A stretch of 64,000 nt of DNA from Candidatus Rifleibacterium amylolyticum. GTDB taxonomy: Bacteria; Muiribacteriota; Ozemobacteria; Ozemobacterales; Ozemobacteraceae. The notes beneath the pieces were generated by a model. That model had not been told where the DNA came from. It was given only the letters and a program-made list of their open reading frames with translations, and made no database searches. Every line of letters begins with the position of its first letter. The stretch's first letter is position 1. This document shows positions 37,000 through 45,124 of this stretch, one piece after another. The stretch is from the NCBI GenBank assembly GCA_009917695.1, contig JAACJG010000004.1, positions 211,321-275,320 on the forward strand, in the 5' to 3' direction. A program made the translations under genes and the position numbers.

Positions 37000-38853
37000 C
37001 TAAGTGCGCAGAAAGCCGGTTTCGATCTGGCGGGTGGTCAGCCTGATCACGATCGGGCGACCATGCGGACAGGTAAAGGGATTTTCGGTTTTGAGCAGCT
37101 GTTCAAGCAGGCTGTTCCATTCAGACTCGTCAAGCTTGTTGCCCGCTTTTACCGCGGCTTTGCACGCCATCATCTTGAGCAGGTCAGTTTTGATTTCACG
37201 AATAGAGCGGCTTTCCCAGCCGTTCAATACCTGTCCGAGAACGTCCTGCAGGCTTTCGCCATCGTTGTTCTGCTTTTCCGATACCGGAAACGCGGTGGCA
37301 TAATACTGGCCGTCGTCTTCCTGCTGTATCGTGAAACCAAGTTCTTTGAGCTCGGTGAGGTGATCTTTGATCACCATGCGCTCTGAAGGCAGAAGCTTGA
37401 GTGGCACCGGAAACAGCAGTGGCTGTGCAGCTATCGGCATGTCGCGATAAGTCGCTGTATACTGGTCGAAGAGAATACGTTCGTGTGCCGCGTGCTGATC
37501 GATGATGAACAGCCCTTTATCGTCTTCGCCGAGCAGATATGAATTTTTCAGCTGCGCCAGAATACGCGGGTGTTCTAGGGTAGACACCGGTTCGAATGCG
37601 CTTGCCGGCGCGGCTGAATGTGGTCCCAGTCGCTCACTGCTGATGTCTCTGATTTCGTAGAGTCGTTCTTCGTTGCCGGCCGGTGTCCTGATTGGCTGCA
37701 TTTCAGGTGGGGGTGTAAAAATAGATGGGGCGGCAGTCGGCGAGGCTTTTATCGTGCCGGTATCAGTAGTTGCTTCGGCTTCATATTCTGGCAGATCCGG
37801 AGTGACAAGTCCACTTTGCATTGTCGTCGCTGGCGCAGAAGCCATGCGCAGGCCTGAAAGGCTGGCCTGGACGGTTTCCCAGATTGTCGAAAAGACCCAG
37901 CGCTCATCTTTGAAGCGAATCTCAGTTTTTTGTGGATGCACGTTTACATCGATCATAGCAGGCGGTACGCGCAGATCGAGAATCAGCACAGGGTAGCGCC
38001 CCTTCGGGAAAAACGCCGAAATTGCCTTGTTGATCGCCTGTGTAAGTAGTTTCGTTTTAACGACGCGCCGATTGACCAGCGTGGTCATGTAACGCGCCGC
38101 ATTGCGCGGCTGGTTTGGCGGTGAAATGAAGCCGCGCAGCGACATGCCGCCCTGCGCTATGCTCGTCGGTTCTTTGAGGGCGATCAGGTCGCGGGTGACT
38201 TCGGGGCCGTAAACAGCAAGAATGGCATCACTTAGGTTGCCTGAGCCATTGGTGGCGGCGACAAGAACGTTGCTGTTGGTGAATTTGAAAGCAATTTCCG
38301 GGTAGCCCATCATGTAATGACAGACGATGTCAGATATTTGCGCCATCTCAGCCGCGACGCTCTTGAGAAACTTGCGTCGGGCCGGAACGTTGTAGAACAG
38401 GTTTTTTACCTGTATGCGGGTGCCACGCGGAAACGAGTCGCTGTCAACGCTGGCTACCCGCCCGCCGTCGAGAGTGACGCGGGTGGCGGCGGTTTCGCTT
38501 TCATGTCGGGTGATCAGGCTGACGCGGGCTACCGAAGCAATAGTTGGCAGTGCTTCACCGCGAAAGCCAAGCGAAGCAATGTTTTCTAGTTCGGCGTCGT
38601 CGACGAGCTTGCTGGTTGCATGCGGAGTGAAAGCAAGCACTGCATCCTGGCTGGTCATGCCTTCACCGTTGTCGGTGATCTCGATGAGTTTCTGGCCGCC
38701 CTCTTTAATCTCGATCTCGATGCGGCTGGCTTTGGCGTCAATCGCGTTTTCTATAAGTTCCTTAACCACCGAGGCCGGCCGTTCGACCACTTCGCCGGCA
38801 GCGATGCGGCAGATAATGTCTTCAGACAGGATTTTTATCTTTCCGGTTGTCAT
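37000..38853 (-). CDS. mutL: DNA mismatch repair protein MutL
   Basis: The N-terminal GHKL ATPase (IAAGEVVERPASVVKELIENAIDA; GFRGEAL) and C-terminal dimerisation domain (TCPHGRP) are both present. The RBS is GGAGACTGC. Confidence 0.9.
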   Translation of the reverse strand: MTTGKIKILSEDIICRIAAGEVVERPASVVKELIENAIDAKASRIEIEIKEGGQKLIEITDNGEGMTSQDAVLAFTPHATSKLVDDAELENIASLGFRGEALPTIASVARVSLITRHESETAATRVTLDGGRVASVDSDSFPRGTRIQVKNLFYNVPARRKFLKSVAAEMAQISDIVCHYMMGYPEIAFKFTNSNVLVAATNGSGNLSDAILAVYGPEVTRDLIALKEPTSIAQGGMSLRGFISPPNQPRNAARYMTTLVNRRVVKTKLLTQAINKAISAFFPKGRYPVLILDLRVPPAMIDVNVHPQKTEIRFKDERWVFSTIWETVQASLSGLRMASAPATTMQSGLVTPDLPEYEAEATTDTGTIKASPTAAPSIFTPPPEMQPIRTPAGNEERLYEIRDISSERLGPHSAAPASAFEPVSTLEHPRILAQLKNSYLLGEDDKGLFIIDQHAAHERILFDQYTATYRDMPIAAQPLLFPVPLKLLPSERMVIKDHLTELKELGFTIQQEDDGQYYATAFPVSEKQNNDGESLQDVLGQVLNGWESRSIREIKTDLLKMMACKAAVKAGNKLDESEWNSLLEQLLKTENPFTCPHGRPIVIRLTTRQIETGFLRT

Positions 38854-38862
38854 GCAGTCTCC

Positions 38863-39873
38863 TCAGAAATTGTGTGGGGCACCCATATCCCAGCTGGCTA
38901 CCGCATTGACGGCCAGACTTTCAGCTGGCGCGAGATGCGCTGTGAAATAGCCGTGTGCCGCGATCATTGCTGCATTATCAGTGCACAAATGCAGAGTCGG
39001 CAACAGCAGTTCGGCGTGGTAGCGGTCAGCCAGTTGCTGCATGTCCCGTCGCAGCACCGCATTCGCGGCCACGCCTCCCGCAAGAATCAGTCTGCGAGCT
39101 CTGGTTTCCTTGAGTGCCATGCCGACCTTTTCGACAAAAGTCTGGCTGACCGCATGCTGTAGACTGGCGCAGAGGTCGGGCAGGTTGAGTTCGTCCTTTT
39201 CATGCGCGACTATGCGCATAACCGCGGTTTTGAGCCCGCTGAAGCTGAAAACATAGCCTTTGCCGGCCATCGGGCGGGGCAGCTGGTACCTTTTCGGGTC
39301 ACCGTTTTCGCCGGTTTTCTGAATGATCGGTCCGCCAGGATAGCCGAGCTGCAGGTGGCGAGCAACTTTGTCGAAAAGCTCGCCCGGAGCATCGTCGAGT
39401 GTCTGGCCAAGAACCTGATATTGACGTGGTCCTTCTGCCAGAACGAGATTGGCATGACCTCCTGAAACGATAAGACCGAGAAAGGGATACTCAGGCGCGC
39501 GGCCGGCTGCAAGAAATGAGGCGGTCAGGTGCGCCTCAATATGATTGACCGGAACCAGCGGTTTGCCTGTATACCAGGCGAGTGCCTTGGCAGTGCTAAG
39601 ACCGACCAGAAGCGGGCCCAGCAGACCGGGGCCGGCGGTTGCCGCAATCTGATCTATGTCGCTGATTTTCAAGCCGGCTTCCCCGAGGCAGTCACGTAAA
39701 AGTGGCAGAATGGCTTCGAGATGTTTACGCGAGGCGACTTCGGGAACAACGCCGCCAAATCGCCGGTGTATCTCGATCTGAGACGAAACCAGGCTGCTGA
39801 TGACTCTGGTGCCGTTTTCGACGAGGGCGATCGAAGTGTCGTCACATGATGATTCTATGCCGAGTGTTATCAT
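38863..39873 (-). CDS. tsaD: tRNA N6-adenosine threonylcarbamoyltransferase
   Basis: MITLGIESSCDDTSIALV...GGVAANAVLR is the Kae1/TsaD family signature. Confidence 0.9.
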   Translation of the reverse strand: MITLGIESSCDDTSIALVENGTRVISSLVSSQIEIHRRFGGVVPEVASRKHLEAILPLLRDCLGEAGLKISDIDQIAATAGPGLLGPLLVGLSTAKALAWYTGKPLVPVNHIEAHLTASFLAAGRAPEYPFLGLIVSGGHANLVLAEGPRQYQVLGQTLDDAPGELFDKVARHLQLGYPGGPIIQKTGENGDPKRYQLPRPMAGKGYVFSFSGLKTAVMRIVAHEKDELNLPDLCASLQHAVSQTFVEKVGMALKETRARRLILAGGVAANAVLRRDMQQLADRYHAELLLPTLHLCTDNAAMIAAHGYFTAHLAPAESLAVNAVASWDMGAPHNF

Positions 39874-40493
39874 GGTTTTTCCTCAAGTTTGCGTTCAGCC
39901 TGCGACGGAATAACATACATCGGCAGCACTCCGAGAATCTCTTCGAATGTTTCTGCAGCCGGTTGGCTCTTGATGAGCTCGTGCAGAGCTTCTGGTTCCG
40001 GGTCGAGCCGGAGCAGGCCCGGCAGATCGCATCTTATTGCGAAAGCATGCGGCCCAGTGATGGTGGTGCGTGTCTGTAACTCTGGTGACTGACATGTTTG
40101 CGCATCAACATCAGCTTCCACGACAAAAGCCTTGTCGATGAGCGTTGGCAGTATCAGCATGACTTTGCCGCTTTTACCCTGTAGTTGCAGGGTTTTTAAC
40201 GACCACTTGAAAATGTCTATGCCGCTTACTGGCTTATCGCCAATAAGTGCGAGGGTTCGGAAAAATGCTGCCGCTATGCGAAGTCCGGTCAGACTGCCTG
40301 GTCCGGTGCAGATGCTGAGCCGGTCGAGCTCTGCAAAAGAGCTGCCGGCCTGATTTAGCATTTCGTCACAGATTCTGCTGACACAGGCGCCAAGATTGCG
40401 GTCAGTGTCGAAACGCCGGCAGAAGAAACTACTTTCGTCGCCATACTGGCAGTTGGTGGCATTTTCTGAGGCATCTAAAAACAGGTAGCGCAT
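39870..40493 (-). CDS. tsaB: tRNA threonylcarbamoyladenosine biosynthesis protein TsaB (YeaZ-like)
   Basis: A TsaB signature CTGPGSLTGLRIAAAFFRTLALIG; ATGA overlap with tsaD. Confidence 0.75.
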   Translation of the reverse strand: MRYLFLDASENATNCQYGDESSFFCRRFDTDRNLGACVSRICDEMLNQAGSSFAELDRLSICTGPGSLTGLRIAAAFFRTLALIGDKPVSGIDIFKWSLKTLQLQGKSGKVMLILPTLIDKAFVVEADVDAQTCQSPELQTRTTITGPHAFAIRCDLPGLLRLDPEPEALHELIKSQPAAETFEEILGVLPMYVIPSQAERKLEEKP

Positions 40494-40496
40494 TGT

Positions 40497-40928
40497 TCAG
40501 GGTTCCTTCCAGGTCCAGCTGATCAGGCGATCGAATTCTGCCTCGGGATCTGGTTGTTCTATGCAGACTTCGAGGTGCGGCATTTTCTGGAGTTCGGCGA
40601 CGCGTTCGGCCCATTCCACCAGGCAGGGATTACCTGTCTGTAATATCTCGAAAAGACCGATATCGATAACCTCTTCGAAGCAGTTGACGCGGTAGAGATC
40701 GAGGTGAAAGAGTGATCTGCCGCCGCTGCGGTATTCGTTCATCAGCGTATAAGAAGGGCTCGAGACATGGCCGTCGATGTTGAGTCCGCGGGCAAATCCT
40801 CGGGCAAACAGCGTCTTGCCGGCACCAAGTCCGCCGTGCAGAAGAACCAGCGCTTTCGGATACTGTTGGGCCAGCTGCCCGGCGATCTCGAGAGTTTGTT
40901 CAGGTGATTGGCTGCGTATCGGTTCCAT
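40497..40928 (-). CDS. tsaE: tRNA threonylcarbamoyladenosine biosynthesis ATPase TsaE
   Basis: A P-loop (LHGGLGAGKTLFARG) plus SPSYTLMNEY...LFHLDLYR, the TsaE/YjeE signature. Confidence 0.8.
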   Translation of the reverse strand: MEPIRSQSPEQTLEIAGQLAQQYPKALVLLHGGLGAGKTLFARGFARGLNIDGHVSSPSYTLMNEYRSGGRSLFHLDLYRVNCFEEVIDIGLFEILQTGNPCLVEWAERVAELQKMPHLEVCIEQPDPEAEFDRLISWTWKEP

Positions 40929-43228
40929 CAGTCTCTCAATTCAGTTGCCAGAACTATGTCGCGGTTGATGCAGGTAAGGCAGTTGAGCAGTTTGTCGCGC
41001 AGACTCTGATCTTTAACCGCATCGCGAATCTGCCTGATCAGATCGATAACCTGACGAAAGGCCCTGATCAGATCTCCTTCAGGGATGTCGGCCATCGCCA
41101 TCATATCTTCAAATGCACACCCCTGGCTCCAGGCCAGCATAAGATTGCAGATTCTCGTTTCCAGGGGCTTGATAAAAGCATGTTGTCGTGCCAGCGAATT
41201 GACGAAGCCGCGTGCACTCTTCAGCTTTTCCGGCAGTTTGGCTACCGGGCGTGGTGTTTCGTTGTTGCTGGCGCGCCGCCGGTGTTCGTAAACCAGTGAC
41301 AGGCAGATCGCGTTGATTTCGTGCTCGTTGCATTCATGAAAATAGCCGGCAAAATAGAGTTCGGTGACAGCAATCTCTTCGGTATGAATGCGGCTGGCGA
41401 GTTCTCCGCGCGCGAGCAGGCCCTTTTCATCAATATAGCCAAGTTGGCGCAACAGTTCGAGTTTGCGCTCATACAATGGTAGTTGCAGCTCTTCCTGCTC
41501 TTCAAGCAGTCCGCGCCAGTAATTTAGCTTTTTGCGCAGGCGTGCAGCCTGATTATAACGCGAAACACATTTGTTCTTGCTGCGGCAGCGGCCACAGATA
41601 AAATTTCTTTCCTGTTCCAGCATTTCCTGGTGCTGGGCCGAAAATTGCTTTTCAATATCTTCCTGATAGGTGCGGTTACGCTTTCCACGCATACCGTAAC
41701 GAATCTGGTCGAGCTGGCGGTGCATGGTGTCAACCTTTTCTCGCATCTTTTTCTGGAACACCATGAATTCATCAAAGTCGTTTTTCTTTTCGGGGCAGCG
41801 CGGCATGACCTGCTCGATCTCATAGCGAATCTTGGCGACTTTCTCAGCCAGTTCCGGCAGCATTTTGTTTGCCTGAAACTGTGCAAAGTTGCGTTTGAGA
41901 ATCATGCGAACTTCGTCGGATTTATGGCCAGAATACAGGTTCAGAACACTGTTGAATGACAGATCGAACTGGCTCAGCAGCGGCTCGATGTCGCCATAAA
42001 CGAGAGTCTGCAGTTCCTCCAGCGACAGGTCGCGTGGCAGGTGCGGAACAACCACCCAGCCGGTTTTGTCGATACCACGCCGGCCGGCGCGCCCTGAAAT
42101 CTGAGTGAATTCAAGCGACTTCATCGGGCGGAAGGTGCGTCCGTCATATTTTTTGAGAGCATCGTAAGCTACGCTGCGGGCCGGCATGTTAACGCCGACG
42201 GCGAAAGTTTCGGTTACGAAAAGCACTCTGAGTGTGCGTTCGGCGAACAGTATCTCGACGAGTTCCTTGAGCTGCGGAAGCAGGCCGGCATGATGTCTGC
42301 CAACGCCGCGTATCAGTTCTTCGCGCAGATTCTGTGCTGTTTCGAGGTTATGCAGCTGGTATTTTTCGATGCAGTTATCAACCATTTCCTCGATGCGTGC
42401 TTTTTCTTCAGGTGAGGTGAAGTCGAGCTTCTGGGCGGTATCACGTGCCAGTTTGTCGGCAAGCGCCCGTGAAAATACGAAATAGAGCAGGGGCAGGCGA
42501 TCCTGACTGCGCAGCTGTCTGATGATATCGAAGTGTCTGAAATCGCCTTCCTTTTTGGCGCGGCGGTCGCGTGGACCCTCGGTCATCGCTGATTTGCCGC
42601 GCAGCTTGCTGCGCAGATCCTTGAAAGTCAGTAATTGTTTGTTGTAGTTGAAAAGAAACGACAGCGGTACTGCGCGCTGGTTATGGCTGATAACCTTGAC
42701 CTGGTGGTCGATGACCGATTCGATCCAGCGCGCCAGTTCGTCGCAGTTCGGAATAGTCGCCGAAAGCGCAAGAAACCGCACGGTCTTCGGCGAAAAGATA
42801 ATCGATTCTTCCCAGACGGTGCCGCGTTCGATGTCACCGAGATAGTGAATCTCGTCGAAGATTACGTATGATACATCGGCAATGGCCTCGGGGTCTTCGA
42901 TTGCCATGTTGCGGTAGACTTCGGTGGTGACGATCAAAGCCTGGGCGTCTCGATTGATGACGACGTCGCCGGTCAGAATGCCGACCTTGTCGCCGTAGAG
43001 CCGCGAAAAATCACGATATTTCTGGTTCGACAGCGCCTTGATCGGCGACGTGTAAATGATGCGCTGATCGGTTTTGAGAACTTTTTCAATGAGATACTCG
43101 GCTACGAGAGTCTTGCCTGACCCGGTCGGGGCCGAAAGAACCAGCGAATGACCGTTTTCGATCTCGGTGATTGACTGAATCTGAAATTCATCGAGAACGT
43201 AGTCGCGGTATTTTACATTTAATTCCAT
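40928..43228 (-). CDS. Ski2/HelY-like DEAD/DEAH-box helicase
   Basis: Motif I (APTGSGKT), DExH (FDEIHY), SAT (LSATIPN), then a winged-helix and DSHCT-like C-terminal region. A 1-nt overlap with the tsaE start. Confidence 0.8.
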   Translation of the reverse strand: MELNVKYRDYVLDEFQIQSITEIENGHSLVLSAPTGSGKTLVAEYLIEKVLKTDQRIIYTSPIKALSNQKYRDFSRLYGDKVGILTGDVVINRDAQALIVTTEVYRNMAIEDPEAIADVSYVIFDEIHYLGDIERGTVWEESIIFSPKTVRFLALSATIPNCDELARWIESVIDHQVKVISHNQRAVPLSFLFNYNKQLLTFKDLRSKLRGKSAMTEGPRDRRAKKEGDFRHFDIIRQLRSQDRLPLLYFVFSRALADKLARDTAQKLDFTSPEEKARIEEMVDNCIEKYQLHNLETAQNLREELIRGVGRHHAGLLPQLKELVEILFAERTLRVLFVTETFAVGVNMPARSVAYDALKKYDGRTFRPMKSLEFTQISGRAGRRGIDKTGWVVVPHLPRDLSLEELQTLVYGDIEPLLSQFDLSFNSVLNLYSGHKSDEVRMILKRNFAQFQANKMLPELAEKVAKIRYEIEQVMPRCPEKKNDFDEFMVFQKKMREKVDTMHRQLDQIRYGMRGKRNRTYQEDIEKQFSAQHQEMLEQERNFICGRCRSKNKCVSRYNQAARLRKKLNYWRGLLEEQEELQLPLYERKLELLRQLGYIDEKGLLARGELASRIHTEEIAVTELYFAGYFHECNEHEINAICLSLVYEHRRRASNNETPRPVAKLPEKLKSARGFVNSLARQHAFIKPLETRICNLMLAWSQGCAFEDMMAMADIPEGDLIRAFRQVIDLIRQIRDAVKDQSLRDKLLNCLTCINRDIVLATELRD

Positions 43229-43774
43229 AAATTGACGGCTTGTGTTTCCTTGCTAAGTTTAATGCTTCGACAACGGGCAAAAAATTATACCCTATTCCCC
43301 GCCAAGCTTCAACACTCCATCGAACACATTCCGTAAAGCTTCAGTCTTAAGTTGGATTGCCTATGTTGCGTAGATTTGCAGCAACAAGATATTGTTTGCT
43401 TACCCGTGCTCTCGACAGGGTTAGGCAGCTCTTACGGCTTCAGCCGTTAGAGATGCGTATGCAAAGCCTCAACGCTACAACTCTCGCCAGACGCAATCTA
43501 TGGTAAATAGCTATGGCTTTGCGTCAACATTGCCTGGCTCGGCCGAGCTGCTCTATCCTGCGCAGCTCGGCATAAGCACATCCGTGTGCAAAAAGTTTTC
43601 GCTTATGAGATCCCTGTCTGCGCACTCACAATCATAATTCCACCCGAAACTGAATCTTTGCCACATTACACAGAATCGCCGAATACGCATCCACATATCT
43701 CGCAGATATGCGCAGATTTACCGTAATCCTGCGCACGGTCGCAGGCTCTCATTGAATGCGAATTCTCTCTAACG

Positions 43775-43975
43775 GCTTTTAATAGTGTCTCAGTCGCTTT
43801 GTGCGTGGCCTCGTCTAATCTGAGAAATCGGAGTAATCTGTGGATGTCGTTCTGCCTTTTGTCTTACTTCCTTTTTCTCTTTCATTCTCTCTTTTTTCTT
43901 AGTGTCTTTGCGGCTCAGTGCGAACTTTCTTCGTTCTAACCTGAGAAATCGGAGTAATCTTTGGATGCCCTGCTG
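43775..43975. repeat. Two degenerate units of about 100-110 bp (core ...GGCTCAGTGCGA...GAGAAATCGGAGTAATCTGTGGATG...TTTCTCTTTCATTCTCT) downstream of the lptA-like gene
   Basis: Units at about 43776-43885 and 43886-43975 share 60-80% identity with each other and with units at 44800-45000. Confidence 0.5.
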
Positions 43976-44683
43976 CTATTCTGACACCGCTTCTTTGGTT
44001 TCGGTGTTGTAGGTGATCTTCTGACCCTCGAGACGGCGCTTTTCCATTTTGCCGGTTTTGGGGTTGAGTTCCTGTGTCTCGACCATGGCATCGCCGGTAA
44101 GAATGGCGGTCGAACTTTCGTGTATGTAGTCGAGTCGATGCCCGCGCCCGTAACTGTCTTTTTCTTTGATGCGCACGTTGCCACTGAATATAAGTCGTTT
44201 CTGGTCGCGGAAACCCAGCATCTCATCAGCAGTTATGATGACCCACGAATAGGTGGCGAGATCCCATGAGCGCTCTTCGATCTTGACGTTGACGCTGTCG
44301 GAAGCATTGAAGCGCCCCTTGTCGCTGTCGAAAAAGATGCTGCGCGCTTCGATATTGGTTTCTCTGATCAGCTTCTGCTCGGGAATAGTCTCGCGGCGAT
44401 AAATGCGAGGGGTCAGGCTGGCGAGCAGCCAGCGCGGCGAATTGCTGACCAGTGCCCGGTTGCAGGTCAGTATGTCGCCTTCGCGGGTTGCTCTGACATC
44501 GCCTTCAAGCGTGGCAATACCATCTTTGACCAGCATGGTGTTGGCTGTAATCACTATATCTGGCTTGCCCTCAGGGATATGAAAAGTCATGCTCCCTGGC
44601 TCAAACGATATTTCAGCAGCCATTACACTCAACGCAATGCACAAAAGTGCCATCGCCAGCAGAATTTTCACCTGTTTTTTCAT
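43976..44683 (-). CDS. LptA/LptC (OstA-N) family periplasmic protein, probably translated from a leaderless mRNA
   Basis: A signal/anchor (MKKQVKILLAMALLCIALSVMAA) precedes the OstA-like beta-jellyroll. The ATG at 44683 is 7 nt downstream of a TATAAT on the minus strand; the ORF-track start is 44692. Confidence 0.5.
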   Translation of the reverse strand: MKKQVKILLAMALLCIALSVMAAEISFEPGSMTFHIPEGKPDIVITANTMLVKDGIATLEGDVRATREGDILTCNRALVSNSPRWLLASLTPRIYRRETIPEQKLIRETNIEARSIFFDSDKGRFNASDSVNVKIEERSWDLATYSWVIITADEMLGFRDQKRLIFSGNVRIKEKDSYGRGHRLDYIHESSTAILTGDAMVETQELNPKTGKMEKRRLEGQKITYNTETKEAVSE

Positions 44684-44690
44684 ACCGCGC

Positions 44691-44719
44691 ATTATATCTT
44701 ATCACCCAACTCATATCAA
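44691..44719 (-). promoter_or_regulatory. Promoter TTGATA-17-TATAAT (minus strand), 7 nt upstream of the ATG at 44683
   Basis: Reverse complement of 44714-44719 = TTGATA and of 44691-44696 = TATAAT. No SD sequence is present. Confidence 0.4.
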
Positions 44720-44799
44720 TCTCAAAATCGTGCTCGTAATCCTAATCGTTCTCGCCAGAACGAATGATCCGCAGATTTCGCAGATAACGCAGGTTTCTT

Positions 44800-45000
44800 G
44801 TGAGGGATGGTCGGTATTTCAGTGTCTTTGTTGTTTCGAGGCTCAGTGCGAGCTGTTTTCGCCCTGCATTTGCGCAATCGGCGTAATCGATGGATGTCTT
44901 TCTTTCATTCTTTGTGTCTCTACGGCTTTGTGCGAGTTCTTCTCTCTCGTGCTCGTGTTCGTAATTGTTCTCGCCATCGAATCTGGCTTGAACTTTCTAC
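44800..45000. repeat. Two further degenerate units of about 100 bp from the same family as 43775-43975, plus a CGTAATCG-rich motif, upstream of the lptA-like gene
   Basis: GTGTCTTTGTTGTTTCGAGGCTCAGTGCGAGCTG...GCGCAATCGGCGTAATCGATGGATGTC; TTTCTTTCATTCTTTGTGTCTC; TCGTGCTCGTGTTCGTAATTGTTCTCGCC. Confidence 0.5.
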
Positions 45001-45124
45001 AGACGCGCTTGACCGGGGGCACCGGTCGAGCTGGCGCGGTAAATTGTGCTTGCGGTGTTATCTGATCTGATGGTATAAAAGGGCACATCATTCCATATGA
45101 CGAATACAGGAGGCCTGTCCCCTA

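Noticed and set aside
38414-39162. Plus-strand ORFs of 178-180 aa opposite the mutL/tsaD junction
   Set aside because: They are antisense to highly conserved genes; they are Ser/Ala/Arg-rich with no motifs.
43775-45000. Possible CRISPR array around the lptA-like gene
   Set aside because: The repeat units are about 100 bp, only 60-80% identical, and not separated by unique spacers of regular length. No cas genes are nearby.
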